Notes under the pieces: generated by a model
The model's database searches: none
What the model was told of the DNA's origin: nothing
The model's input: only the letters and a program-made list of their open reading frames with translations
Shown here: in pieces, positions 37,194 through 47,179 of the stretch
Numbering within the stretch: the first letter of the stretch is position 1
Layout: every line of letters begins with the position of its first letter
Program-made: the position numbers and the translations under genes
Source of the DNA: a bacterium
GTDB lineage: Bacteria; Patescibacteriota; Minisyncoccia; UBA6257; GWB1-50-10
DNA length: 64,000 bases
Assembly: GCA_030647415.1 (NCBI GenBank)
Contig: JAUSKB010000011.1
Location: forward strand, 21,858-85,857
Direction of reading: 5' to 3'

Positions 37194-38186
37194 TTATTTC
37201 GGATTATTCAGGTACCAATCGTACGTTCTCTTCAGGCCCTCATCAAGCGAGATCTCTGGCTTCCACCCGACGAGTTTTTGTAATTTTGAAACATCCGCAA
37301 GCCGGCGCTTCACGCTCCCGGGTGGAGAGGATTGTATATCCAAAGACTTCGGATGCCACCCGACGATTTGAAACATCTTCTCCACAAGGTCTTTCATCGT
37401 GATCTCGGTGAAATCGCCGATATGCACGGTCTCGATCGGTTGCCCGTCGGTCTTTGAGGAATCCATGAGCATCCGCATCGCCCGGACTGCGTCGTCAATA
37501 TAACAGAACGTTCGAGTGTCGTCGGCACCATAAATAGGGAATGGATCAACGTGGGCGGCGATACGACCGCAGAAGTCAGGTATCACGTGCCCATCATAAC
37601 CGGCGCGAGGACCATAGAAGTTATGCGGTCTTACGATAAGAGCCCGGAAATTATATGCTTTCGCATAGTGGATAACGAACAGCTCCCCCACCAATTTGGT
37701 CGACCCATACGACCATCGCGGGTTGTAGGGGTTGTCTATCACAAGCGGAACCTTCTCCGGCGTGGGAATAGGCAGGACACCAAAGGCGCTCAATCCGCCT
37801 GCGTAGGCCTCGTTGGAGGATGTAAAACAGAACTTTCCGTCATGGTTCTTCTTTACGAGCCAATCCAACATGTACACAAGCGTGAGAATGTTCACCCGCA
37901 AGACCTCATGGGGAATCTCGTAGAAAAGCTTGGTGCCGTTAATCGCCGCGAGGTGATACACGTGCCCATAGCCGCTCCCAAGCTTTTCATAGGAGGAGAG
38001 GTCCGTGAGGTCCAGATTCAATAACTGTATCCTCGGGTTCTTCACGAGCTCCTCAAAGTCGTGGTCCATCTTCCCTCTCCGGAAGTTGTCTACTAAAACA
38101 ATCTCGCTATCGGTAGTTTGAACGAGGTACTTCGCGAGATGATAACCTATAAATCCAGCTCCACCGGTTATAAGAACCTTCATCAT
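37194..38186 (-). CDS. NAD-dependent epimerase/dehydratase (extended SDR).
   Basis: MMKVLITGGAGFIGYH and YGSTK. The ATG at 38186 forms an ATGA overlap with the stop of the upstream dehydrogenase. The track start is TTG at 38198. Confidence 0.85.
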   Translation of the reverse strand: MMKVLITGGAGFIGYHLAKYLVQTTDSEIVLVDNFRRGKMDHDFEELVKNPRIQLLNLDLTDLSSYEKLGSGYGHVYHLAAINGTKLFYEIPHEVLRVNILTLVYMLDWLVKKNHDGKFCFTSSNEAYAGGLSAFGVLPIPTPEKVPLVIDNPYNPRWSYGSTKLVGELFVIHYAKAYNFRALIVRPHNFYGPRAGYDGHVIPDFCGRIAAHVDPFPIYGADDTRTFCYIDDAVRAMRMLMDSSKTDGQPIETVHIGDFTEITMKDLVEKMFQIVGWHPKSLDIQSSPPGSVKRRLADVSKLQKLVGWKPEISLDEGLKRTYDWYLNNPK

Positions 38187-39391
38187 GACAACTTCCAAAA
38201 ATTCCAGACGTCGACGAACTTTTTGTTCGGATGTTTGCGCGGATCAATCTCCTGGTATTTCTTGTGTGGGGTTGCCAACACAATTATATCCGAGTCGCGA
38301 AGCGCCACATCGAGAGGAACGAACCGGGGGTCCTTAATGAACTCATCCGTGCAGAGAACCACATCACATTCCAAGAGCAGCATCTTCCGGAGCTTGTACG
38401 AGAGGGAGGAACGCGGATCGTCGAGCTCCGGCTTGAACGCCATCCCTAAAATAGCCACTGTCTTCTCCGAGAGCGAGTCCGAGAATTCGCGCTTGAGTTC
38501 GTGTACCACGTGGTTCACGAGGCCTTCATTCACGAGCATCGCGGCATTGCCGATCAAAAAATGGTTATGGGTGAACGCCGACAGCTGCATGGTGTCCTTA
38601 AAAAGACAGGGACCGGCCGCGAACCCAGCCGCCGGCAGATCGTGGTCCCGCGGGTAGTCCTTGCTCATCGCCTTCTGAATGATATGGAAATTGAGACCGT
38701 TATTTTGCGCGATCATGAAGAACTGGTTCGCAACGGCGAATTTGATGTACCGCCACGAATTGATGAAGAGCTTGGCGAGCTCCGCTTCGATCGGTTTCAT
38801 GGCGATCGGCTCCTTCGGGGAGATTTTCCTGAAGAGTTCCGTGACCTCCCGCAAGCCCTCATCGTCATATGCCGAAACAAGCTGAGGCAGGGCCCTCAAC
38901 TCTTCAACCGCGTAGCCCTCCGCGATGCGCTCCGGACAGAACGTGACCTTCGCCTGTATGTTCTTCTTCTTGAAATATTTCTGTATCTTTTCGGTGGTCC
39001 CCGGGAACACCGTGCTCCGGATAATGAGGACCTGCCCGTCCCTGAAATGCTTGATGCTCTCCTCGAAAAGCTTGGTAATGCCCCTGAAATCGGGGTTCAA
39101 GAATTCATCCACCGGGGTCCCGACGATTATGACCACGAACTTGGATTGGCTGATCACCTCCGAAGAATCGGAGGCAAACAGCATCTTCTTTGCTAGGGCG
39201 GATCGGAGCACCATGTTCCCGTTCTTTTCTATGAACGGGAACTCTCCGCCCATGATCTTCTTCAACGCCTCCTGGTTGATGTCCAGAAGAACCGTCTTCA
39301 CCCCGCTGTCGGCGAACACGACACCGAGCGGCAATCCGACGTGACCGGCTCCGCCAACGATGCAAAGGTCATATTGAAAGTTATGTTCCAT
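38183..39391 (-). CDS. Full-length nucleotide-sugar dehydrogenase of the UDP-glucose/GDP-mannose dehydrogenase family.
   Basis: IVGGAGHVGLP, RSTVFPGTT and GFAAGPCLFKD. The internal ATG at 39391 (MEHNFQYDLCIVGG) is preferred. Confidence 0.8.
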   Translation of the reverse strand: MEHNFQYDLCIVGGAGHVGLPLGVVFADSGVKTVLLDINQEALKKIMGGEFPFIEKNGNMVLRSALAKKMLFASDSSEVISQSKFVVIIVGTPVDEFLNPDFRGITKLFEESIKHFRDGQVLIIRSTVFPGTTEKIQKYFKKKNIQAKVTFCPERIAEGYAVEELRALPQLVSAYDDEGLREVTELFRKISPKEPIAMKPIEAELAKLFINSWRYIKFAVANQFFMIAQNNGLNFHIIQKAMSKDYPRDHDLPAAGFAAGPCLFKDTMQLSAFTHNHFLIGNAAMLVNEGLVNHVVHELKREFSDSLSEKTVAILGMAFKPELDDPRSSLSYKLRKMLLLECDVVLCTDEFIKDPRFVPLDVALRDSDIIVLATPHKKYQEIDPRKHPNKKFVDVWNFWKLS

Positions 39392-39456
39392 GGTGAAGAT
39401 CGCAAAAATACCTCCGTTCGATTGTTTCCTGATTATCTCGCGTTGAAACTTCCCCG

Positions 39457-40416
39457 TCAAACACGCTTCATGTCTTCCTCGACCATCATGCGCACCAGAT
39501 CGGCAAAGCCGGCCTTCGGCCGCCACCCGAGGGCGGTTCGGATCTTTGTTGAGTCTGCGCGCCACTCGTGCGCTTCGATCGGGCGGAAGAACGACTGGTC
39601 TATCACCACGTATTTTTCCCAGTCGAGGCCCGCGAACGCGAACGCGGCTTCAACGAATTCGCGAATGGTGTGCGTTTCCCCCGTTCCGACCACATAGTCG
39701 TCCGCAACAGGGGCCTGAAGCATGAGCCACATCGCCTCAACATAGTCGCCGGCAAATCCCCAGTCTCGCCGCGAATCCAGATTTCCGAGACGGAGCTCTT
39801 TTTCTGTCCCTGCTTTTATCTTTGCAATCGTCGTCGTGATCTTTCGTGTCACAAAGTTAGCCCCTCTCCTCGGAGATTCGTGACTGAACATTATGCCCGA
39901 GCACGCAAAGAGGCCGTGCGCTTCGCGATAAAGCTTCGTCAGATAGAAACTCGCGATCTTCGAAACGCCGTAGGGCGACGTCGGGTTATAGGGTGTGTTC
40001 TCGTTCTGCGGAGACGACGTGATCTTTCCGAAACAATCCGCGCTGCTGGAAAAATAAAAATGCGCTTTCGGAGCAGATTCTTTGAGCGCGGCGAGAAAGT
40101 AGTGCGTGCTTGAGATATTTGTGGTGAATGTCCCAAATTCGTCCTGAAATGACTCGGGGATGCTTGAGACCGCCGCAAGGTGATAAACCTCGTCGGGCAT
40201 TATCTCTTCCACGAGGCGCCGCACGGTTGGATGGTCCGTGACGTCGCCTGTATGCAGAACGAGGCTCTTGTTCCCGAGAAGGTGCCGGATACGCCAAAGA
40301 TCTTTTTCGTCGGGGCTCTTCCTCTCCACGCCGTGTACCTCGTATCCTTTGGAAAGCAGAAGTTCGGTGAGGTAGGAGCCGTCCTGACCCGCAACACCCG
40401 TAATAAGTGCCCTCAT
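39457..40416 (-). CDS. gmd: GDP-mannose 4,6-dehydratase.
   Basis: LITGVAGQDGSYLTELLL, YGVSK and GIMFSHESPRRG. Confidence 0.9.
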   Translation of the reverse strand: MRALITGVAGQDGSYLTELLLSKGYEVHGVERKSPDEKDLWRIRHLLGNKSLVLHTGDVTDHPTVRRLVEEIMPDEVYHLAAVSSIPESFQDEFGTFTTNISSTHYFLAALKESAPKAHFYFSSSADCFGKITSSPQNENTPYNPTSPYGVSKIASFYLTKLYREAHGLFACSGIMFSHESPRRGANFVTRKITTTIAKIKAGTEKELRLGNLDSRRDWGFAGDYVEAMWLMLQAPVADDYVVGTGETHTIREFVEAAFAFAGLDWEKYVVIDQSFFRPIEAHEWRADSTKIRTALGWRPKAGFADLVRMMVEEDMKRV

Positions 40417-40545
40417 GTGTATATAATGGCTTTATTTATTGTTTTTTTCAATTATTCAAATACTTGACTTTTTTATATTTATCTGCTATTTTACAGACAG
40501 CATCTACGAATTGATAATTTTACACAAACAAATTAGGATACCTTC
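40417..40545. promoter_or_regulatory. AT-rich divergent promoter region between gmd and the HD-domain gene.
   Basis: TTGAAA...ATTATA lies just upstream of the gmd ATG on the minus strand, consistent with a leaderless start. On the plus side there is TTGACT and an AGGA RBS. The assignments are weak. Confidence 0.3.
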
Positions 40546-41265
40546 ATGGAGAAGGATGTTTTTTTGAAGCGTTTGGATGCGTTTCTTATCCCCCATTTCA
40601 CACCGCCGAACGTCGCGGGCGGACATGACTGGGCGCACGTATGCGATGTGGTAGCCCTAGGACCAAAAATCGCTGCGTACCTCACGTTCGATTTGGATGA
40701 ATTCGCAGTGTTGGCACGCCTCCATAATGTGGATAGGTCCCCAAGTCTTTTGGGGGGAACCAGCGAAGAAGAACGCATGAAACAACTTTTAGCAGACAGT
40801 CCCTTCGATAATGCTGCGCGGGCTCGCATCATCAATGCGGCACTGCGCCACAGCCAGAAGGACATCCAGCCGGACGACTCCAACCTTTTAATCGCCCTCA
40901 TGGACGCCGATAAGCTCGTACGTTTCCAGCCCTCCTGGCTTTTGGGAGTAGGAGCGTTCGGGTTCACGCTCCATCTTCCCCTGTTTCTGCCCACAAGACC
41001 TTTCGGGTTCATGTCCACAAAACCAAAGGATCGCTTTTCGATCTGGATAGAGTTCATGAGTGTGCTCGAGTGGGTGGGGATGCTCTCATGTGATGCGGCG
41101 CGCGCGATGATCGACAAACGGTACCTCCGGTTGCGCATAGAGTTCCTTCGGTTATGGGGGGAGGAGATAGCCGCACAGACCGGCGTAGAAAACACGTCAG
41201 AGGACGACATTAAGAAATCGCTCGGCCGTTACTACGGGTGGACACTGGAGCACGCCGGACTGTGA
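40546..41265 (+). CDS. HD-domain (metal-dependent phosphohydrolase) protein, hypothetical.
   Basis: The GHDWAHV...D pattern. It is the only plus-strand gene in a minus-strand run. Confidence 0.45.
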   Translation: MEKDVFLKRLDAFLIPHFTPPNVAGGHDWAHVCDVVALGPKIAAYLTFDLDEFAVLARLHNVDRSPSLLGGTSEEERMKQLLADSPFDNAARARIINAALRHSQKDIQPDDSNLLIALMDADKLVRFQPSWLLGVGAFGFTLHLPLFLPTRPFGFMSTKPKDRFSIWIEFMSVLEWVGMLSCDAARAMIDKRYLRLRIEFLRLWGEEIAAQTGVENTSEDDIKKSLGRYYGWTLEHAGL

Positions 41266-41288
41266 GTAGTGCTGGAGATGTTCCGAAA

Positions 41289-41322
41289 AGGGTCGAGTAT
41301 ATCTCAACCCTTTTTTATTTTT
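41289..41322 (+). terminator. Rho-independent terminator.
   Basis: GGGTCGAG-tatat-CTCAACCC followed by TTTTTTATTTTT. Confidence 0.55.
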
Positions 41323-41426
41323 AAAAAACCCGACATTGTGGCGGGAACATAGAAAACTCCCATTTCTAGCGAGGCACGAACCATCAGGGCTGGGACTACC
41401 CGCGACAAGCGCGCTTTCGTACTGTT

Positions 41427-42725
41427 TTATTGGAGATCTTCTCCACCAATAATCTTAAATTCCGGCATCGGCACGATGAATTTGCCACCCGCTTTTAGGT
41501 AGTCAGCCTCCCGCTTTAAAAATTCAGGCAAGAAGTGCCACGCGAGGATGAGAACGTAATCGGGTTTTTTATTTCGAAACTCCTCCTCGGAAATAATTGG
41601 TATCATCGTCCCGACGGTCTTTGTGCCCCACTTGTCCGGATTCCTATCAGCAATAGCCGTGACAAGATCCGGTGTAAGTCCGAAGAACTGCAGTGTGGTA
41701 TTGCCTTTGGTAGAGGCGGCATAGGCAAATACCGTTTTGCCGGCAGCAACCTCCTTTTTAATCGAGGTGATGGTCATCTCTTTAAGCTCCAAAACCCGGC
41801 GGACAAACTCCTCGTATATCCTCTTATCATCGAGCCCGAGCGCTTTCTCCTCTCTACGGAACGCTTGTACCCGCTCTGATGCCCCCGGCTGTAGTCGTAG
41901 CGACTTCCCCATCCCCACCTTGCGGACGTAGACTCGAATACTTCCCTCATTTACATGCTCCCGCATTTCGGCATCAATTACCTCCAAGCCGTGCCGCTTC
42001 AGTAGGTTCTCGAGCGAGAGCAGGGAATAATACTCGAGGTGCTCGTGGCAAATGCCGTCGAACGCGTTCCGCTTCAGGAAGGAGGGTAGGTACATCATCT
42101 GCACGACAAGCAGGCCGTCGTCATCCATGCACTTCACGATGTCGCCAACGAACATGTTTGGGTCGTCCAGGTCATAAAACATTGCGATTGCGGTAACGAT
42201 TTTCGCTTTCGCGTTCCCGAACTTCGCATGTAATGCGGAGAAACTGAAAAAATCAGTAAATACGTGCGTGATACCCTCGAGTCCATATTTTTCCGCAAGA
42301 GCTCGCGCTGGCTCAAATCCTATTCGATTCAAACCTTTTCCCCCATAAGCCCGGAGCAGTGTGCCGTCATTCGAACCAATATCGATAATGAAATCGCCGG
42401 AGGAGAGCGGCACGATGGCCTCCACCTTCTTCACAATCCCGACGAGCTCGTCGGTCATGCTCTTGTTGATGCCCGAACGGTACCAGTAGTTCCGATACAT
42501 CTCTTCGGGGTCAACGGAGTGTTTGAGCTGGAGCAACCCACACCCACCGTCCTTCTCATTGCACAACACGAGCTCCAGGGGAGCTTTTACCGCATTTTTC
42601 TCCTGTGCTTTCGCGTCGGCAAAGAAGTTTGAAACGTAGAGATCTCCCAGCGAGAGGATCGGGGTCAGATTGGCGGACCTGCACACACGACATTTTGTGA
42701 TCTCCTTGTAAAGTGGATTCGACAT
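41427..42725 (-). CDS. NDP-hexose C-methyltransferase family (TylC3/NovU-like).
   Basis: An N-terminal Zn-ribbon CRVCRS...LSLGD, a SAM-MT core IIDIGSNDG, and a C-terminal C-MT domain. ATG at 42725. Confidence 0.7.
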   Translation of the reverse strand: MSNPLYKEITKCRVCRSANLTPILSLGDLYVSNFFADAKAQEKNAVKAPLELVLCNEKDGGCGLLQLKHSVDPEEMYRNYWYRSGINKSMTDELVGIVKKVEAIVPLSSGDFIIDIGSNDGTLLRAYGGKGLNRIGFEPARALAEKYGLEGITHVFTDFFSFSALHAKFGNAKAKIVTAIAMFYDLDDPNMFVGDIVKCMDDDGLLVVQMMYLPSFLKRNAFDGICHEHLEYYSLLSLENLLKRHGLEVIDAEMREHVNEGSIRVYVRKVGMGKSLRLQPGASERVQAFRREEKALGLDDKRIYEEFVRRVLELKEMTITSIKKEVAAGKTVFAYAASTKGNTTLQFFGLTPDLVTAIADRNPDKWGTKTVGTMIPIISEEEFRNKKPDYVLILAWHFLPEFLKREADYLKAGGKFIVPMPEFKIIGGEDLQ

Positions 42726-42744
42726 ATAGCTAGGGTATGCTATC

Positions 42745-43677
42745 TTATCCCGAAAAATTTGAGTACGGGTTCGGAATGGTGACCGATGGGAGCGCCCGGA
42801 GTAGCTCATCGACGCCCTGGCTCAGGGCGTATTCGGTTTCGAACCCGCGGGCCCGTATTTTCGCATACGAGACCGCATAGTCGCGCTTGTCCGGGTCCTC
42901 GCCTACGTCGGCGAAGTGAACATAGAAGCGTGGATACTGGCGCTGAATTTCCTTCACCATTTCCTCCTTTGTGTGATTCAACGATTCATGCCCAACGTTG
43001 AAGATGTTGTTCTTCAATGTGCTGAAATTCTCGACGGCGAACAAAAGCGCCCGGGCCATATCGCGCACGTGGATGAAGGTCCTCCGCACGTCTTTTTGGT
43101 ACACAATGAGGCTCCCGCTTGTCACCGCCTTGTGGCAGAAGTCATTCACGAGGAGATCAAGGCGCATACGCGGTGAAACGCCGAACCCGGTCGCGAACCG
43201 ATACACCACCACATCGCCCTTATCCAAGAAATCTTTTTCCGCATCGAGTTTCGTCTTTGCATAGAGCGAGAGGGGGTTGGTCACGGTCTCCTCGGTGCAG
43301 ACCCCATTCACCTTTCCGTAATTGCTTCCCGTCGAGGAGAATATCAGGGGCTTTTTACCGCGAAGGCGGTTCAGAAGCTTGCTCGCGTCAGAGTTTACGG
43401 TCGTCGCGAGCTGGGGATTCACGCGGCATGCCGGCTCCCCCACGATACCCGCGAGGTGCACGATGCAGTCCGCCTCATCCACGAGCGGCTTCAATACTTT
43501 TTCGTCCCGTATATCGCCGTAGGTGAATGAAAAAATCTTATTCGAAAAATACAGGAGGAGTGTCGTCTGATTGAAAAGCAGATTGTCGACGACGCGAACC
43601 GAGTGCCCCTTCTCTAAGAGCAGTGGGACCAAGAGCGACCCAATGTACCCTGCGCCACCAGTGATGAGAACTTTCAT
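42745..43677 (-). CDS. NAD-dependent epimerase/reductase (SDR), a probable GDP-4-keto-6-deoxyhexose reductase or epimerase.
   Basis: MKVLITGGAGYIGS and YAKTK. It lies next to gmd and the C-MT. Confidence 0.8.
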   Translation of the reverse strand: MKVLITGGAGYIGSLLVPLLLEKGHSVRVVDNLLFNQTTLLLYFSNKIFSFTYGDIRDEKVLKPLVDEADCIVHLAGIVGEPACRVNPQLATTVNSDASKLLNRLRGKKPLIFSSTGSNYGKVNGVCTEETVTNPLSLYAKTKLDAEKDFLDKGDVVVYRFATGFGVSPRMRLDLLVNDFCHKAVTSGSLIVYQKDVRRTFIHVRDMARALLFAVENFSTLKNNIFNVGHESLNHTKEEMVKEIQRQYPRFYVHFADVGEDPDKRDYAVSYAKIRARGFETEYALSQGVDELLRALPSVTIPNPYSNFSG

Positions 43678-43709
43678 AAGTAGATAAACAAGCCTATACT
43701 TAACTCAAC

Positions 43710-44297
43710 GTGAAAAAAGTTTACCATACAAGAAAGACGCGTGTAAAGAGGTATGGCACAGAACTACCCACGCGCTACTACGAGAACAAGCGCCACCGCA
43801 TAAAACCGCTCTTCCTTTCCCCTGGGGAGTATGCCCGTGCGATCCGATCGTTCGTGGTCGTCTGTGTTGATGCGCTCATCGTGAACCGCTCAAAAAGGAC
43901 GGTGTTCCTTGCGAAACGGCAGGCAAAACCGGCGCAAGGAATATGGTGGTACATTGGGGGGCGCGTGCTTGCGGGGGAAACATTCGAACGATCAATCGTC
44001 CGGTGCTTCGAACGAGAGACCTCTCTCTCTGTCCCGATGATCAGGTTCGAACCCGCGAACGCACAGGATTTTTTTTGGGGCATGCGGCAACAGCGCCCAC
44101 AGAACGCCGGCCTGCACAGTCTCGGTTTTGTATTCTCACTCGAACTGACCGAACCGGAACGGCGGGCGGTTGCGCGTTCTCTTGACCCGCATGAATACCA
44201 TGTGAAATCCGGCCTGCGAGAATTTTCCCGCCGCGAGCTCGTGCGGGAGAATGTCCATCCCGCGGTCATCGAGACATACGATCGCATCTTTAGCTAG
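43710..44297 (+). CDS. Putative Nudix hydrolase, GDP-sugar hydrolase-like.
   Basis: A Nudix-box-like segment GGRVLAGETFERSIVRCFERETS. The match is partial. Confidence 0.45.
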   Translation: MKKVYHTRKTRVKRYGTELPTRYYENKRHRIKPLFLSPGEYARAIRSFVVVCVDALIVNRSKRTVFLAKRQAKPAQGIWWYIGGRVLAGETFERSIVRCFERETSLSVPMIRFEPANAQDFFWGMRQQRPQNAGLHSLGFVFSLELTEPERRAVARSLDPHEYHVKSGLREFSRRELVRENVHPAVIETYDRIFS

Positions 44298-44421
44298 TAG
44301 ACCAGAGATTGGCTGCTACGGCCTTGATGCCGTTTTTTGATACTTGACAAAATATTTTATTTGGGCAATCATTAAAATAGAACAAAAACAAAACAGAATT
44401 TGCCAACAATAGGAGGCGTTA

Positions 44422-44976
44422 ATGAAACTGGTCATGATTTATGGACCACCGGCAGTCGGTAAGCTCACTGTCGCAAAAGCGCTACAGGAAGCAACTGGAT
44501 TCAGGCTTCTGCACAATCATTTGTTTACGGATATCTGTGATGCTGTTTTCGAAAAATTCGGCACGCAGGCACGTACGGAACTCAATCTTCAGCTCCGGAC
44601 CGATGTTATTAGAGCGACCGCAAAAGACGGGGCTCTCGGGATGATCTTCACGTTCTCCTACTACGCCGGCCCATTACGCGAAGCAGCAGATCACGCGGTG
44701 CGAACCTATATCCGCGTGATAAAAGAGCTGCAGGGCGAGATTTATTTCGTTAAGCTCTCGTGCGATATGCCTGAACTCGAAAAACGCGTCAAGAATTCTT
44801 CGCGTGCCGGGACGCGGAAGATCACGGACATAGAGAAACTGCGACGAGTGCTCCAGGAAGAGCGCCCCGCCGAAATACCCTTGCAGATCGCGGAAAGCTA
44901 CACGATCGACAATACCCACCTCAGTCCGAAGGTAGTTGCGACCATGATCAAAGACTATACCATTCGCCCCCAGTAA
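44422..44976 (+). CDS. P-loop NTPase, a small-molecule kinase-like protein (AAA_33-like), with a deviant Walker A motif.
   Basis: IYGPPAVGKLTV, and an AGGAGG RBS 7 nt upstream. Confidence 0.55.
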   Translation: MKLVMIYGPPAVGKLTVAKALQEATGFRLLHNHLFTDICDAVFEKFGTQARTELNLQLRTDVIRATAKDGALGMIFTFSYYAGPLREAADHAVRTYIRVIKELQGEIYFVKLSCDMPELEKRVKNSSRAGTRKITDIEKLRRVLQEERPAEIPLQIAESYTIDNTHLSPKVVATMIKDYTIRPQ

Positions 44977-45036
44977 GTGGGGGCATTTTTATTCCGAGAA
45001 AAAAGCAATACAATTAAATACAAGAGAATCGAGGAT

Positions 45037-45588
45037 ATGAAAAAAATAGTTTTGGTTGATATGGACGGACCTCTCGTCGACTTTGAAAGCGGTTTTTTGG
45101 CATCATGGCGGAAAACATTCCCGAGCGAATTCTTTCTACCGGTGGAACAAAGAACGACGCGATACGTGAATCAGGAATACCCGGCCCGCCTTAACGAGAA
45201 GATCGAGTCGGTCAAGAGCGCTGAGGGGTTTTTCGTGGGTCTTCCTCCCCTCGAAGCCGGTATCAATGCTGTACGAGAGATGGGCGCGCTCGGGTTCCGA
45301 GTATTCGTCTGCACAACGGCTATATACAACAGCAAGACGTGTTTAGTTGAAAAGAAATATTGGCTTGAAAAATACCTCGGACCCGACTTTGCAAAAAACG
45401 CGATCTTCACAAAAGATAAAACGGTGATAAAAGGACAGTACCTTATTGACGACGCACTTGAAATAACCGGCGAAGTGACCCCGGAATGGGAACATGTCCT
45501 TTATGATCAGCCCTTCAACAGGACTATAACTGATCGCCCGCGGTTAAAAATCGACTGGTCGAATTGGAAGGAGGTGATCACTTCCTAG
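45037..45588 (+). CDS. HAD-superfamily 5'(3')-deoxyribonucleotidase-like (NT5C family) phosphatase.
   Basis: MKKIVLVDMDGPLVDF. The ATG at 45037 was verified. Confidence 0.65.
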   Translation: MKKIVLVDMDGPLVDFESGFLASWRKTFPSEFFLPVEQRTTRYVNQEYPARLNEKIESVKSAEGFFVGLPPLEAGINAVREMGALGFRVFVCTTAIYNSKTCLVEKKYWLEKYLGPDFAKNAIFTKDKTVIKGQYLIDDALEITGEVTPEWEHVLYDQPFNRTITDRPRLKIDWSNWKEVITS

Positions 45589-46304
45589 CGATCCTCCTTG
45601 GCATTGATACGCTTCTCGAGTTCCGTTCTTATAAACTCAACAATAGTCCCCGGCGACAATTCAATCTTATGTTCAAATTCTTCTTCCTCGGATTCGGCGA
45701 GTTCTTTTTGAAACTCCTTCAAATTTTTTCCTCCATAGATACCCCGATATGATTCGGAATACGCTTTGAAAAAAGGTTCTTTCTCAAGTTCACGCCAGCG
45801 ATCCTTCACTTCGACATACTCGGAACCGAGTGTGATATGGTCCATAAAGTGCACAATTTTTTCATTCCGAGAACGCCCTGCGATGTATTCAGGATCGGCG
45901 CTCACGGGCATGTTAGCATGCGCGACCCGGATGAATTCTTCCGAAAAACCATACTCGCGCAATAGACGGTCATCCTCCTGTACGGTTTTGGTAACACCTT
46001 TTTCTCCGCCGTGCTCCCGGATCGCCTCGACCTCACGCCGCTTATACCAATCATGCAGAAATGTCGCGAGGACGACCGTATCACGATCTGCGTTCAGGTG
46101 CTCCGCCAAAATATCCGCGCCAACTGCGGCAACGAGACAATGTTCTGCTACGTTCCGCCACTCTTTATTATCCTCTCCCAACACGCCGCCTTTTTCCAAG
46201 ATTCTCATCGCACTCAAATGTTTCAGCGCAAATTGGGAAAAATATTCAGTCTTTTTCTTTTCCTTGTCGATTTTTTCTGCGATTAGTTTTTCCATATCGT
46301 TCAC
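45585..46304 (-). CDS. HD-domain phosphohydrolase-like protein, hypothetical.
   Basis: H...LHDWYK (an HD motif). Glu-rich C-terminus. Confidence 0.5.
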   Translation of the reverse strand: MNDMEKLIAEKIDKEKKKTEYFSQFALKHLSAMRILEKGGVLGEDNKEWRNVAEHCLVAAVGADILAEHLNADRDTVVLATFLHDWYKRREVEAIREHGGEKGVTKTVQEDDRLLREYGFSEEFIRVAHANMPVSADPEYIAGRSRNEKIVHFMDHITLGSEYVEVKDRWRELEKEPFFKAYSESYRGIYGGKNLKEFQKELAESEEEEFEHKIELSPGTIVEFIRTELEKRINAKEDR

Positions 46305-46309
46305 AAATA

Positions 46310-47179
46310 TTATATGCTGTCGCGAATATGTCGAATAAAATCGCGCGCTAATGCTTCGGTTGAAGCGATTATAATGGGTAGTTCCTCATGTTGACCGAAT
46401 TCAAAATATTTTTTATCTTGTAAACTCTCTCCATTAAGGTCCACCATAACTCCGCCCGCTTCGGCAACAAAGCCATAGCCTATCGCGGGTTCCAGATTAT
46501 TCTTTGCCGTGCACGTCAAAATCAAATCAACCTTGCCGGAAGCTAAATCGGAAAAATAAGTTGCGTAAGCACGCGGATCCGTTATTTTGAATTGCCGGAG
46601 TTTTTCTGAAAAAACCCGGTGGCACACATCAAAATGTCCGTTCATATATATTCGCGTTCTTTCGCTTAAAATATTTTGCTCGGAAGCGTGAAGAGGAATT
46701 CTGCCTCCTTGCGCATCCAAAAGAAAACTGCCAACGCCTTTTTCGGTGACAAAAAGTTTTCCGGTTGAATGTTCCATAATACCGCTTGTCACGTAATCGC
46801 CATATACGGGGTCGATATTGGAAAATATACCAAGCATCGTTCCGTAACGTTCCTTTCCTCTTCCTGCCTGGTAACGATTGGAACCGTCAAGGCCATCGAG
46901 TATGCCGAGATAGACGGGACTCGGAACGATTTCCACTTTTCCATGTTCCTCCGAAATAACTCTTATTGGGATCCCGCTTTCTTTCAGAAAATCGAGTACT
47001 GCCTCTTCGGCCTCAATATCGATACGCAAGGCTGTTTCTCCAAATTGGTTTTTCTGCACCAACTCTTCACCCCTCGAACCGAGAGCTTCGTGTATTGTAT
47101 ATGCCCGATGTAATGCGGATTGTAAAATCCGCTCAAAATCGTGAACCGTTTCAAATTGTTTTTCTTTCATCTCACTCAC
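46310..47179 (-). CDS. Inositol monophosphatase / CysQ-family phosphatase.
   Basis: ILDGLDGS ... GFVAEAGGVMVD, the IMPase motifs. Confidence 0.75.
   Translation of the reverse strand: MSEMKEKQFETVHDFERILQSALHRAYTIHEALGSRGEELVQKNQFGETALRIDIEAEEAVLDFLKESGIPIRVISEEHGKVEIVPSPVYLGILDGLDGSNRYQAGRGKERYGTMLGIFSNIDPVYGDYVTSGIMEHSTGKLFVTEKGVGSFLLDAQGGRIPLHASEQNILSERTRIYMNGHFDVCHRVFSEKLRQFKITDPRAYATYFSDLASGKVDLILTCTAKNNLEPAIGYGFVAEAGGVMVDLNGESLQDKKYFEFGQHEELPIIIASTEALARDFIRHIRDSI

Noticed and set aside
44298-44421. A possible sigma70 promoter (TTGACA ... TAAAAT) upstream of the P-loop gene.
   Set aside because: The spacing between the hexamers is about 23 nt, which is too long. Only the AGGAGG RBS is convincing.
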